30,744 nucleotides of DNA from an uncultured virus (IMG/VR IMGVR_UViG_3300032132_000750) (taxonomy: Duplodnaviria > Heunggongvirae > Uroviricota > Caudoviricetes). The notes beneath the pieces are model-generated. The model saw nothing but the letters and a program-made list of their open reading frames with translations. It was not told where the DNA came from and did not search any database. A program made the translations under genes and the position numbers. The stretch lies in the IMG/VR virus record IMGVR_UViG_3300032132_000750; one strand, written 5' to 3'. Of this stretch, positions 1 through 8,598 are shown piece after piece; position 1 is the stretch's first letter; each line of letters begins with the position of its first letter.

Positions 1-1
1 A

Positions 2-310
2 ACATTAGCAGCAAAAGTTTTCGAACTAGAAAAAATAGTTTATCCAGAGGCAATTCAGGACTGGTATCGCGCTAATCGTTCTTTTTCTTTAGAGAAATTT
101 TTTGACGCTAATCAGCATTCCATCCATTCAATTGATGCTACTAGTTTTATTGCTATAGGCGATACTTGGGCTTTCCGAGCATTACCTAACGTTAATACCT
201 TAGATATTGCTTTGAGGAAAGGTTTTGATCGCTGGGCTAATTCAATTTTGAAAACAGTTGAATTTCCTTACACCCAAGATGCTTGGGATCTCATTGAGAA
301 ATCCTTATAA
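2..310 (+). CDS. 3' part of a hypothetical protein (runs in from the window edge)
   Basis: Frame 2 is open from base 2 (TLAAKVFELEKIVYPEAIQDW...) to TAA at 308-310; not in the ORF track because it has no start in the window. Confidence 0.7.
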   Translation, partial: TLAAKVFELEKIVYPEAIQDWYRANRSFSLEKFFDANQHSIHSIDATSFIAIGDTWAFRALPNVNTLDIALRKGFDRWANSILKTVEFPYTQDAWDLIEKSL

Positions 311-311
311 T
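306..311 (+). promoter_or_regulatory. -10 box of a putative leaderless promoter
   Basis: TATAAT, then 5 nt (gaagt), then ATG at 317; no Shine-Dalgarno (SD) sequence. Confidence 0.55.
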
Positions 312-316
312 GAAGT

Positions 317-595
317 ATGAGATTCAGCCTGCCTCTACTGATTGTTCTTATACTAGGCTGTGTTCCTAAATCTCAGGTAGAGCATTATCCTACTACTCAA
401 ATTGAGTATACAGCGCCAGCCCCTAAAACATGTTTTAGTTGTGGGGGCGATCATTTTCTACCGATAAGTTATGGGTCCTTGCCTTGCCCTGGCTACCTAC
501 TTTATGGTTTGCCGGTAAGAAAATGGCGGTATCATTGCACTAAATGCGGTAACCCCACAACTGGAAATCTCGAACTCGATAATCAATCGGAGTAA
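317..595 (+). CDS. Putative lipoprotein with Zn-ribbon-like CxxC pairs
   Basis: Hydrophobic N-terminus ending in lipobox-like ILGC; CFSC and CTKC motifs. Confidence 0.6.
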   Translation: MRFSLPLLIVLILGCVPKSQVEHYPTTQIEYTAPAPKTCFSCGGDHFLPISYGSLPCPGYLLYGLPVRKWRYHCTKCGNPTTGNLELDNQSE

Positions 596-596
596 T

Positions 597-785
597 ATGT
601 CCATTCTCTTTATGGCTCTCATCACAGCCACCCTTCTACTTGCTGTTTCCCTTACGATAGCTTCCTATCCTCTACTGGGTTTGTCTCTTTTTTTATACTT
701 CATATCGTGGATCATCATTAAGCGAATTACAGATATCAACGATATCGACATAGAAACAACATCGGAAGATCAGCCCACACCCTAA
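597..785 (+). CDS. Small membrane protein
   Basis: Two hydrophobic segments and an acidic tail; starts 1 nt after the previous stop. Confidence 0.6.
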   Translation: MSILFMALITATLLLAVSLTIASYPLLGLSLFLYFISWIIIKRITDINDIDIETTSEDQPTP

Positions 786-816
786 GTCCAGCTACCGCAA
801 GTATTTAAGATACTTC

Positions 817-845
817 TTGCTAGTCTCCGGCCAGCAGAGTAGAAT
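817..845 (+). promoter_or_regulatory. Sigma70-type promoter
   Basis: TTGCTA (817-822), 17 nt, TAGAAT (840-845) in an intergenic gap; GGAGG SD at 880-884 before ATG 890. Confidence 0.6.
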
Positions 846-889
846 GGGCCGACACGGACCATCTATCTAGCCATCATTTGGAGGCTTTG

Positions 890-1483
890 ATGACAACACA
901 TACAATCGAACTTCCAGACCCTAAGTTTCAGAAAAATGACGTTGTTCGATGGAACCGTTTGATCCTTCACGTCAACGCGGTTCAAGCAGAAGGCAGGTGG
1001 GTTTTTCAAAACGGTGAGCACGGCTTGGATTGGGATGGGTCCTTTCGATATGACGTAACCGTGCAGCAAGGTAAGGGATTAGCTAATAACCCAATCCGCC
1101 CAGGCACTAATCTGCGCTTCTCTGAGGTTTACGCTGACGGAGAAACTTCTTCTGCGAGTTTTGGGAGCGCAGAGAAGGTTGCTTGGGATAATCCCATTAT
1201 TGTTGGTGACAGCATCGATAACATCAGTGAGCGGGAACGCTGCTGGGATGCTCGCTCTCTAGTCGAAAAGCATGGGGGCGATGTAACTTACGTATTCCGC
1301 AATCTTGGTTGCAATATAGCCCCGGAAAATAAGCTTTGGTGCGTCACGGGCTGCAACAATCGCCCAGATGGTGGTGTAGGTGTTTTGGAGTGGTGTTATG
1401 ATGAGAAGGACGCAAACAAGCTTCTGAGTAGGATGCAACTTGATCCTACCCTCACGGACCTCAAGGCAGAAAAGCACGTTTGA
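890..1483 (+). CDS. Hypothetical protein
   Basis: ORF-track 878..1483; start moved to ATG 890 because GGAGG lies at 880-884. Confidence 0.7.
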   Translation: MTTHTIELPDPKFQKNDVVRWNRLILHVNAVQAEGRWVFQNGEHGLDWDGSFRYDVTVQQGKGLANNPIRPGTNLRFSEVYADGETSSASFGSAEKVAWDNPIIVGDSIDNISERERCWDARSLVEKHGGDVTYVFRNLGCNIAPENKLWCVTGCNNRPDGGVGVLEWCYDEKDANKLLSRMQLDPTLTDLKAEKHV

Positions 1484-1484
1484 G

Positions 1485-1817
1485 ATGGATAACAAGCTAA
1501 GAGAACTTGAACGCCTTTTGCAAAGCGATCCTTCTGAGGAAAACGCTATGCGCTACTTCTATGCCTGCCTTCGTATGGGTAAAGTGAGATTTAGAGCTTT
1601 TCCTACGCCCAAGGTAGGGATCCACGTCCGCAGAGACGGATGGAATGGTCCATACTACGTCGCAAACACTAATGTCTCTCCCGAGACACGATGCAAGCAT
1701 CGGCATACCAAAAAGAGTAACGCGGTTAAATGTGCTCGCCGCCACGCTCATCGTCATATGCTGGAAACGCCTGATGCAAAAATTATTGCTCATTACGTTC
1801 GCACAGGAGGGAACTAG
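1485..1817 (+). CDS. Hypothetical protein with MDxxLRxLER N-terminal module and basic Cys/His C-terminus
   Basis: ATG 1485 lies 1 nt after the upstream stop; begins MDNKLRELERLLQSDPSEENAMRYFYACLRMG; CKHRH...C motif. Confidence 0.7.
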   Translation: MDNKLRELERLLQSDPSEENAMRYFYACLRMGKVRFRAFPTPKVGIHVRRDGWNGPYYVANTNVSPETRCKHRHTKKSNAVKCARRHAHRHMLETPDAKIIAHYVRTGGN

Positions 1818-2182
1818 TGGATGGATGTGCTGATGTTGGGGGTTGCCTTGAGGCACCTTTCCTCATTTTTGAGGCTATAGGCAAAAGCAAAAACCCAGGA
1901 GGAACGACTCTTGCGATTTTTGGAGTTTTCTGCTTCATAGGATTCTTGGCTTATGTTTTTCAGCCAGAGCCTCCGCCCCCTCCTCCGCCTTCGCCAACGC
2001 TGAAACAACGTTTTAATGCGGCTAAGGATCGAATTTTACATTCAGAACCATCCACAACTGCTCCGGTAGCTCCAGTAGATTCTACAGCTCAACCTCGTTT
2101 GCGAGATCGCGCAAAGGATTGGTTGCGTAATAGGCTCAATGAGGATTATCGATCCCGACACCCAGAAGAGGAAAACAAGTGA
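1817..2182 (+). CDS. Membrane protein with poly-proline linker
   Basis: One TM helix (TLAIFGVFCFIGFLAYVF), then PEPPPPPPPSP; TAGTG overlap with the upstream gene. Confidence 0.65.
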   Translation: MDGCADVGGCLEAPFLIFEAIGKSKNPGGTTLAIFGVFCFIGFLAYVFQPEPPPPPPPSPTLKQRFNAAKDRILHSEPSTTAPVAPVDSTAQPRLRDRAKDWLRNRLNEDYRSRHPEEENK

Positions 2183-2325
2183 AGCCATACTCAGACACCT
2201 GGGACGAGTGGTGCCATGAATTCTCCAGTGATGATCGCCCAGAGTTTCCTTTTGTGTTTCCGACAGAAATTTACGGGGTGATTATTGTTGCTCTTTTGAT
2301 TTTTGGATGGATTATAGCGCGATGA
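2179..2325 (+). CDS. Small (48 aa) single-pass membrane protein, absent from the ORF track
   Basis: GTG overlaps the upstream TGA (GTGA) and its own TGA overlaps the next ATG (ATGA); MKPYSDTWDEWCHEF...IYGVIIVALLIFGWIIAR. Confidence 0.6.
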   Translation: MKPYSDTWDEWCHEFSSDDRPEFPFVFPTEIYGVIIVALLIFGWIIAR

Positions 2326-2750
2326 AAGCCTATCGCTTCGAAACTAGAGAAGAGTGTGAAGCTTGGTCTGAAGAAACTAATGCCGCAGACTCTTGGATTA
2401 TGTCCGGCCCCGTCCATAAACACGACGGACAGCTCTTTGTTCAGCTTTATCAAGGTCAGCATGAGTGGCTTGCGGCCAATCTTGATGATTTGACTGATGT
2501 AAGGCATGATCCAGGGTATGAGGGCACAGTTTTTGGTTGGGCCTACATTGACCGTGAAGGCGAGTGGCTCACTTATCGAGTAAATCACGATAAGGTATTG
2601 CCTGAGCCAGATGCTGAACATCCTCCTATAACTCAAGATGAACTTCTCTTTGGGAAAAAAGAACAACTCGAATCCTACCTAGGAATGCCTCTCAGTGAAC
2701 TAGACGTGATTCGCCTACCTGAAAGTGAGAAGCCAGATGGCCGATCTTAA
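2322..2750 (+). CDS. Hypothetical acidic protein
   Basis: ORF-track 2307..2750; ATGA-coupled start at 2322 (MKAYRFET). Confidence 0.65.
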   Translation: MKAYRFETREECEAWSEETNAADSWIMSGPVHKHDGQLFVQLYQGQHEWLAANLDDLTDVRHDPGYEGTVFGWAYIDREGEWLTYRVNHDKVLPEPDAEHPPITQDELLFGKKEQLESYLGMPLSELDVIRLPESEKPDGRS

Positions 2751-2937
2751 TCTTATTGCTCAGGGGTTTAACATCCTCAATAAATATTCTCCCACTGCTG
2801 AGGTAGAAGGTGGGCATGACATTATTCATATCTGTATCACAGAAGATGAAGTAGCTGACGAGGCAGATCGTGACCGGCTACGGGCGCTTGGTTTCTTTAT
2901 TGACTCGGACGCTGATTCGACCTGGGCTCATTATTAG
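2737..2937 (+). CDS. Small hypothetical phage-type protein
   Basis: MADLNL...HDIIHI...RLRALGFF; tiles between its neighbours. Confidence 0.6.
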   Translation: MADLNLIAQGFNILNKYSPTAEVEGGHDIIHICITEDEVADEADRDRLRALGFFIDSDADSTWAHY

Positions 2938-2949
2938 AAAGCCTCTTTG

Positions 2950-4071
2950 ATGACGGCAAACACCTATATTCGACCTCCTGCCAATCCTTTCTGGGAAGTT
3001 TTCAAAACTTTCGGCAGAGATGAGTTGACCGGAGGCGTTATTGCGCTCGCCGCGACGGCCCTTATTGAGGGAGGTTTCTATCTTTATAGTGGAGAAGGTC
3101 TATTCTCACCAACACAAATGCTGTGTTTGGCTCTGGCAGGTCCAATCTTGGAAAAGGTGGGGTTTTTCTTCTGGCACTTTAAAGAGGCAAGAGACTCCTA
3201 CAAAACCACCCCCAAAAACAACAGAAAACCCTATAGTTTTTACCTAGGTCAAGCGATAAAGGGGGGATCTAAGACCTTGATATGGGATCTTTTGATCCAC
3301 GACCCTTTGTATGTGGCCTTTATGCTAGTAGGTATGAAAGTTCATACAGGAACACCTGTTTGGCTTCTTGTTCCCATCGCATTCGGGGTAGCTGTTGTTA
3401 TTGTTGCGCTACTTGAGGTAGCCTTTAACGAGATTCGTTATCACTTTTTCAGAAGAGAAAAAGGCCAACAGGACTACGAACTTGAAAGCTACTTTGACGC
3501 CCGGTTTTATCTAGATTCAAATGTCGATGCCCAAGTTGTTATCGAGAACTTGCGAGATAAATTTCTAGAAAACCGCGAAATCAAGACCACGTCCTACGAA
3601 GATCACTACTTCTCTGCGGATTTGCCTGAATTTAATGGGCGTGAGGGGAAAATGCGTCTTCGTCGTCGCGATAGAGAGGACGGAGAAAGCATCTCGATCC
3701 AGTACATCTATTCCAGAACACGAGAAGATAGTAAAAATACAGTTGGGCAGTTTAGGTTTTTTCCTAGGGAAAAAGACAAGCACTATCTTCTTTTTGACGA
3801 TTTTGATGTAGCTCTGGTTGCTGCCAAGAATGAAGCAATAACCTATGATTGTAGGGATGCGCCTCAAGTTGTGTCTTTTGACAGACGCGCAGTCTACGAC
3901 AGAGATACTATCTTTATTGCCGTCGATTCTATTAACGGGGATCTTCGTGTAATTGAGCTTAAAGTTTATCGGAATAATCAGAAATTGTTGCTCGAAGCAA
4001 TGCGCTTTGTTATGCATCATTTTCCTGCAATGCAGACGACACATAGAAAAATAGATCTGATTGATGGCTAA
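2950..4071 (+). CDS. Multi-TM membrane protein fused to a C-terminal CYTH/VTC-like (triphosphate tunnel) domain
   Basis: About 4 hydrophobic helices in the first ~160 aa; C-half has YEDHYF, KMRLRRR, IAVD and VIELK motifs typical of the CYTH fold. Confidence 0.55.
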   Translation: MTANTYIRPPANPFWEVFKTFGRDELTGGVIALAATALIEGGFYLYSGEGLFSPTQMLCLALAGPILEKVGFFFWHFKEARDSYKTTPKNNRKPYSFYLGQAIKGGSKTLIWDLLIHDPLYVAFMLVGMKVHTGTPVWLLVPIAFGVAVVIVALLEVAFNEIRYHFFRREKGQQDYELESYFDARFYLDSNVDAQVVIENLRDKFLENREIKTTSYEDHYFSADLPEFNGREGKMRLRRRDREDGESISIQYIYSRTREDSKNTVGQFRFFPREKDKHYLLFDDFDVALVAAKNEAITYDCRDAPQVVSFDRRAVYDRDTIFIAVDSINGDLRVIELKVYRNNQKLLLEAMRFVMHHFPAMQTTHRKIDLIDG

Positions 4072-4543
4072 GTTGTTATCTGATAATCTTGCTGTTTGCT
4101 CTTTTATAGGATTCTTTCTATTTATAGGATCCATTCAACTCCTTGCCGACATAGTTCCAAAAACAACGTTGCCTGTTGTTTTTGTCGATTCGTTTACCCT
4201 AGAAGAAAAGGTCATCATTAAAGATGCTGTCAAGCAGCATCTTTGTATCTGGCAAGCAGACCTAGACCAAACTCTAAAACAAGTTACTATTGAAGTAGTA
4301 AAATCCCCCTTTAAAAACGACAAAGGGATTGTCCTGGTAGGGCAGTGTAATTCTGAGAAAAGAATTATACGAGTTTATGTTGGAAAGAACCTAGAACTAC
4401 CCGCTCTTTATCATGAATTTTGCCACTTGAATGTCGATTCAGGTGGAGGACACGCTGACCCGCGCTGGGCTCAGTGGGAGCATAGGGGGGCTCAGGTTTC
4501 ACAATGGGTTTTATACCAAAGAACAGAACCCGCTATTAAGTGA
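4064..4543 (+). CDS. Membrane-anchored HExxH putative Zn metallopeptidase
   Basis: N-terminal TM helix; LYHEFCHL followed by GH...W. Confidence 0.55.
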   Translation: MAKLLSDNLAVCSFIGFFLFIGSIQLLADIVPKTTLPVVFVDSFTLEEKVIIKDAVKQHLCIWQADLDQTLKQVTIEVVKSPFKNDKGIVLVGQCNSEKRIIRVYVGKNLELPALYHEFCHLNVDSGGGHADPRWAQWEHRGAQVSQWVLYQRTEPAIK

Positions 4544-4549
4544 GTATAC

Positions 4550-4897
4550 ATGTATTTACCTCCTTACGATGATGATGACGGTTATGATGATGAATTATAT
4601 GGGCGGCCCGCAGCAGTAGAATCGCCTAAAGACCTTTGGTCTGGCATATGGAACTATCAGGAACGACTTTACTGTGAGCAATGTAAGAAATGGCACCATA
4701 CCACAGTAAGGGGTGCTGTTCCTCTCGATAAGTCCGTTCCTTGCTATCAATGCTGGTGGCAAGATAATGGTTCAGATGTTCCAGAGGGCAAAAAGCACGA
4801 ACCTGAGAAGGTTGCCGCCCCTAAAGCTGTCGAAGAAGACGAGTATGACTTGTGGGATGACTATGCTGCGGGTTTTGGTTTTGGTTTTGGGATCTAA
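4550..4897 (+). CDS. Acidic hypothetical protein with two CxxC pairs
   Basis: CEQC and CYQC; TAATG coupling to pyrD. Confidence 0.6.
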   Translation: MYLPPYDDDDGYDDELYGRPAAVESPKDLWSGIWNYQERLYCEQCKKWHHTTVRGAVPLDKSVPCYQCWWQDNGSDVPEGKKHEPEKVAAPKAVEEDEYDLWDDYAAGFGFGFGI

Positions 4898-5862
4898 TGA
4901 AACTTCGTGATATTGATTTTGGATGCGTTTGGGGTGCGAGCGGTGTTCAGGGGTTTTTTGGTGAGGGATACCCTTATCATCATCTAACCAAGAGCTTGGG
5001 CTTCGGCCCCGTTTTTGATGGGATGACCTTTGTTGCAAAAACAACAACACTTGATCCTAAAGAGGGCAATATGCCCTTGCAGCCTGATGGTATCACACCC
5101 AAAAAGTTAAAGCCTAAGTGTATTCGTGTAAAACCTTGGGTCGGAGCCGTTCTTAATTCTGTAGGTCTTAGTGGGCCTGGTGTAGAATGTCTTCTCAATA
5201 CGGGTAAGTGGCAGAGTAGAACTGAACCCTTTGTTCTTAGTTTTATGAGTGTGGCTAAAGTTCCAGCCGATAGATACACAGAACTTGCTGGTTTTGTGAC
5301 CATCCTTAAAGAACAACTACCCCAATTCAATGCTCCTGTTGCATTACAGATAAATCTTTCCTGCCCCAACGTTTGTTTGGATACTAAGAAGCTTCTGGAA
5401 GAAGCTCAGGTTTTACTGAGCATCGCGAAGCAACTAAAAATTCCTTTGATGTTTAAACTAAGTGTCACAACACCAGTAGAAGCCATTACGGATATTTCAA
5501 AACACCCGGACCTTGATGCTTTATGTATAAGCAATACCATCCCTTATGGATGCTTTCCTGAAAAAATTAACTGGGAAAAGCTTTTCGGTAAAAAGTCTCC
5601 TCTTGAGCATTTAGGTGGTGGGGGGCTTTCTGGTGCTCCTATTTTTCCTTTAGTCATTAACTGGCTTGAAGAGGCAAAAGATTCTGGTATTGAAATACCT
5701 ATTAATGTTGGTGGGGGTATTATGTCTCCTGCCGATGTTGATAAAGCATACGGGGCTTGTGCAGATAGTATTTTCATCGGATCAATGGCTATGCTGAGGC
5801 CCTGGAGGGTTCGTCCAACAATCTCCCGAGCCCTTGAACTTTTCTCGACAGCCAAGCCTTAG
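4897..5862 (+). CDS. pyrD: Dihydroorotate dehydrogenase (class 1-like, catalytic Cys)
   Basis: AKTTT, NSVGLSGPG, INLSCPN, SNTI, GGLSG and VGGGI motifs. Confidence 0.88.
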   Translation: MKLRDIDFGCVWGASGVQGFFGEGYPYHHLTKSLGFGPVFDGMTFVAKTTTLDPKEGNMPLQPDGITPKKLKPKCIRVKPWVGAVLNSVGLSGPGVECLLNTGKWQSRTEPFVLSFMSVAKVPADRYTELAGFVTILKEQLPQFNAPVALQINLSCPNVCLDTKKLLEEAQVLLSIAKQLKIPLMFKLSVTTPVEAITDISKHPDLDALCISNTIPYGCFPEKINWEKLFGKKSPLEHLGGGGLSGAPIFPLVINWLEEAKDSGIEIPINVGGGIMSPADVDKAYGACADSIFIGSMAMLRPWRVRPTISRALELFSTAKP

Positions 5863-5879
5863 AAGTCAGTCAATTAAGT

Positions 5880-6866
5880 ATGAAGCGCGTCATATCCGGC
5901 ATACAGCCGTCAGGGAACCTCCATCTAGGAAACTATTTTGGAGCAATTAAACAGCAGATAGCAATGCAAGAAGACGCCTTGTGTCTTTTCTTTATTGCTG
6001 ACTACCACGCACTAACTTCTCTTAAAAACGCCGCAGCTTTGCGGCGTTTTTCGCGTGAAGTTGCAGCTACGTATTTGGCACTTGGATTAGATCCCGACAA
6101 AGCAATCTTGTTCAGGCAATCAGATGTCCCCCAAACAACTGAACTTGCCTGGTTGTTAGGCTGTACAACAGGTGTTGGGCATTTCTTACGTGCCCACGCC
6201 TATAAGGATAAAGTAGAGCAAGGTCAAAACCCAAATATGGGTTTGTTCTCCTATCCTCTGCTAATGGCTGCAGACATTTTGCTTTATAGGGCTACAGACG
6301 TGCCTGTAGGCCAAGACCAAGCGCAACATCTGGAAATGGCCGCAGACATTGCGGGGGGTTTTAACGCTGCTTTTGAAACAGATGCTCTCGTCAAACCAAA
6401 GGCTGTTTTGAGTGAGTCGCCTTACGTTCCGGGAACTGACGGTCGTAAGATGTCTAAAAGTTATAACAACACTATTCCTATTTTCTGGGAATCAAGGAAA
6501 CAGCTTAAAAAAGCTATAAATGCCATTGTGACGGATTCAAAGAACCCACAACAAGAACCTCTTGATCCAGATACTTGCAATGCCTTTGCAGTCTACTCAC
6601 TTTTTGCTACACAAGAAGAGCGAGAGGCTCTTGCAAAAACTTATCGAGAAGATCGAACTTTCTTAGGTTATGGAGTTACTAAAAAGCTCATTCTTGAGAA
6701 GATGGAAGAATTTTTTGGTGCAGCAAATACGCGGTATCACGAATTGATGGGAGATAAGGAGCTAGAAGCTTTATTGCATAAAGGCGCAGTAAAGGCGGAG
6801 GCTCTAGCTACACCTACTCTCGAAAAATGCCGAAAAGCAGTTGGATTGCGGGGAATGTTTGAGTGA
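5880..6866 (+). CDS. trpS: Tryptophanyl-tRNA synthetase
   Basis: SGIQPSG-LHLGNY (HIGH), ADYHALT, YPLLMAADILLY, VPVGQDQ and KMSKS. Confidence 0.97.
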   Translation: MKRVISGIQPSGNLHLGNYFGAIKQQIAMQEDALCLFFIADYHALTSLKNAAALRRFSREVAATYLALGLDPDKAILFRQSDVPQTTELAWLLGCTTGVGHFLRAHAYKDKVEQGQNPNMGLFSYPLLMAADILLYRATDVPVGQDQAQHLEMAADIAGGFNAAFETDALVKPKAVLSESPYVPGTDGRKMSKSYNNTIPIFWESRKQLKKAINAIVTDSKNPQQEPLDPDTCNAFAVYSLFATQEEREALAKTYREDRTFLGYGVTKKLILEKMEEFFGAANTRYHELMGDKELEALLHKGAVKAEALATPTLEKCRKAVGLRGMFE

Positions 6867-8404
6867 ACCCAGAGCTTAAGAAAATCGCAAAACACCTAAG
6901 AGAACAGGGAGGTAAATGCTACCTTGTTGGGGGTGCTGTACGTGATCTTATTCTTGGTAGAGAATCCAAAGACCTTGATATTGAAGTTTTTGGGATGGAT
7001 AGTGATGTTCTAGCTAAAGCTCTTAAACCTTTCGGTAAGGTTCAGGCTGACGTTGGTAAGAGCTTTTCAGTTATTAAGCTCTACACTAAACAGGATCATT
7101 ATGACTTCTCCCTTCCTCGTCGAGAGCGAAAAGTAGCTCCCGGCCATAAAGGGTTTGTAATTGAAGCAGATCCTACAATGACCCCCGAAGAAGCGGCTAT
7201 GAGAAGGGATTTCACCTTCAACGCGCTAATGATGGATCTAGAGACCGATGAAGTTCTCGATTTCTTTGGTGGTCAAGAAGATCTGAAATGTGGTATTCTT
7301 CGACACATCGGTCCTGCTTTCGCAGAAGATCCACTTCGAGTACTTCGTGGATTTCAGTTTTGTGGTCGCTTCAATCTTCGTGCTGAGCGTGTTACGGCAA
7401 AGCTGTGTCAGAGATTGATTGGAGAATATCACACCTTCCCCGTAGAAAGAATCTGGACTGAATGGCACAAATGGGCACTAAAGAGCACAAAACCTAGCGC
7501 GGGGTTACAATTTCTTTTCGATTGTGGCTGGTCTCTTCTTTATGCAGATATGGCCTTCCACAAGCTATTTGGCACGCCCCAAGATCCTGAATGGCATCCG
7601 GAAGGAGACGTTTTAGAGCATACCAAGCACGTTGTAGACGCTGCCGTAGAAATTGCTGATAGAGAAAACATCCAGGGCTACGATAGAGTCATGTATGTCT
7701 TGGCTGCTTTCTGTCACGATCTAGGGAAACCCGCTACCACGGTTTTCGAGAGAGAACGATGGAGAAGTCCTGCTCACGCAAAAGTAGGTGAGAGCATTGC
7801 TGCTAATTTCCTTGAGCAAATCGGTGCTCCTAAGAAGATTGCAGTGAAAATCCCGCCTATTGTAGCAGAGCATCTCTGCCACATAGATATTGAGAACGCT
7901 AACTCGCTAAAGAAGCAAGTTAGAAAGCTCTCAACTCGCCTAGAGCCAGCTTCTATCAAGGAACTGTGCTGGGTCATTGAAGCGGACTGCAGTGGGCGTC
8001 CTCCGAAACCCAAGCGTCTTCCTCCTGGTGCTTGCATCATGAAGGAAATGGCTATCGAAGACGGGGTATTTCTTGGTACTCCAAAGCCTATTGTGACCGG
8101 GAGAATGCTATTAGCGACCGGCTGGATTCAGCCAGGTAAAGCTATGGGACTAGCCCTCAAGGAAGCCTACAAGGATCAGTTAAAATGCAAAATCAACACA
8201 AAAGATGATGCTGTTACCTGGATCAGAAATAGGTTTTATCGCCCTATTGTTACCGGGCAATTTCTCATCGACAGAAAGATGATGGAACCCGGACCTTTGA
8301 TGGGGGATCTTCTCAAAGAAGCTCACATTGCCCAAGAAAAAAGTAAGTTCGATGACGAAGATGGTGCTGTTCAGTGGGTCAATGATTGGCTCAGTGAGTT
8401 GTAG
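6863..8404 (+). CDS. cca: Class II tRNA nucleotidyltransferase (CCA-adding type) with HD domain and duplicated C-terminal tail
   Basis: VGGAVRD..DLDIE, RRDFTFNAL, EDPLRVLR; HD domain WHPEGDV..HT...HDLGK. Confidence 0.88.
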   Translation: MNPELKKIAKHLREQGGKCYLVGGAVRDLILGRESKDLDIEVFGMDSDVLAKALKPFGKVQADVGKSFSVIKLYTKQDHYDFSLPRRERKVAPGHKGFVIEADPTMTPEEAAMRRDFTFNALMMDLETDEVLDFFGGQEDLKCGILRHIGPAFAEDPLRVLRGFQFCGRFNLRAERVTAKLCQRLIGEYHTFPVERIWTEWHKWALKSTKPSAGLQFLFDCGWSLLYADMAFHKLFGTPQDPEWHPEGDVLEHTKHVVDAAVEIADRENIQGYDRVMYVLAAFCHDLGKPATTVFERERWRSPAHAKVGESIAANFLEQIGAPKKIAVKIPPIVAEHLCHIDIENANSLKKQVRKLSTRLEPASIKELCWVIEADCSGRPPKPKRLPPGACIMKEMAIEDGVFLGTPKPIVTGRMLLATGWIQPGKAMGLALKEAYKDQLKCKINTKDDAVTWIRNRFYRPIVTGQFLIDRKMMEPGPLMGDLLKEAHIAQEKSKFDDEDGAVQWVNDWLSEL

Positions 8405-8568
8405 TGAAAACACCTGGCTGGGGGGAGTGGCGGGCTTGTGGCAGAAAGAAACGCTATAAGACTAAGGCTGCTGCTGCTAAAAAGGCCAGAGAATACCAGA
8501 TGCATTGTTATGGGTGCCAATTCTGTAAAGGATGGCATCTGACAAAGCAAAAGCCCAAGAAGCGTTGA
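8404..8568 (+). CDS. Small basic Zn-finger-like phage protein (54 aa), absent from the ORF track
   Basis: GTG overlaps the cca TAG; MKTPGWGEWRACGRKKRYKTKAAAAKKAREYQMHCYGCQFCKGWHLTKQKPKKR has the C..K.RY...Y.CxxC.GWHLT pattern common in phages. Confidence 0.75.
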   Translation: MKTPGWGEWRACGRKKRYKTKAAAAKKAREYQMHCYGCQFCKGWHLTKQKPKKR

Positions 8569-8592
8569 CTTTATTCTCTTGGAAACTATCAT
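8565..8592 (+). promoter_or_regulatory. Sigma70-type leaderless promoter
   Basis: TTGACT (8565-8570), 16 nt, TATCAT (8587-8592), 6 nt, ATG 8599. Confidence 0.65.
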
Positions 8593-8598
8593 CCATGA

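Noticed and set aside
797..820. Inverted repeat AAGTAT-ttaag-ATACTT upstream of the 817 promoter as a terminator
   Set aside because: The stem is short and AT-rich with no U-tract; too weak to call, though an operator is not excluded.
1964..1995. CCT/CCG-rich repeat, and the GGTTTT repeats at 4871-4890
   Set aside because: Both are explained by low-complexity coding (poly-Pro; GFGFGFG).
8371..8592. Minus-strand 73-aa ORF
   Set aside because: The plus-strand ORF 8404-8568 has a recognisable motif and translational coupling, so this one is its shadow.
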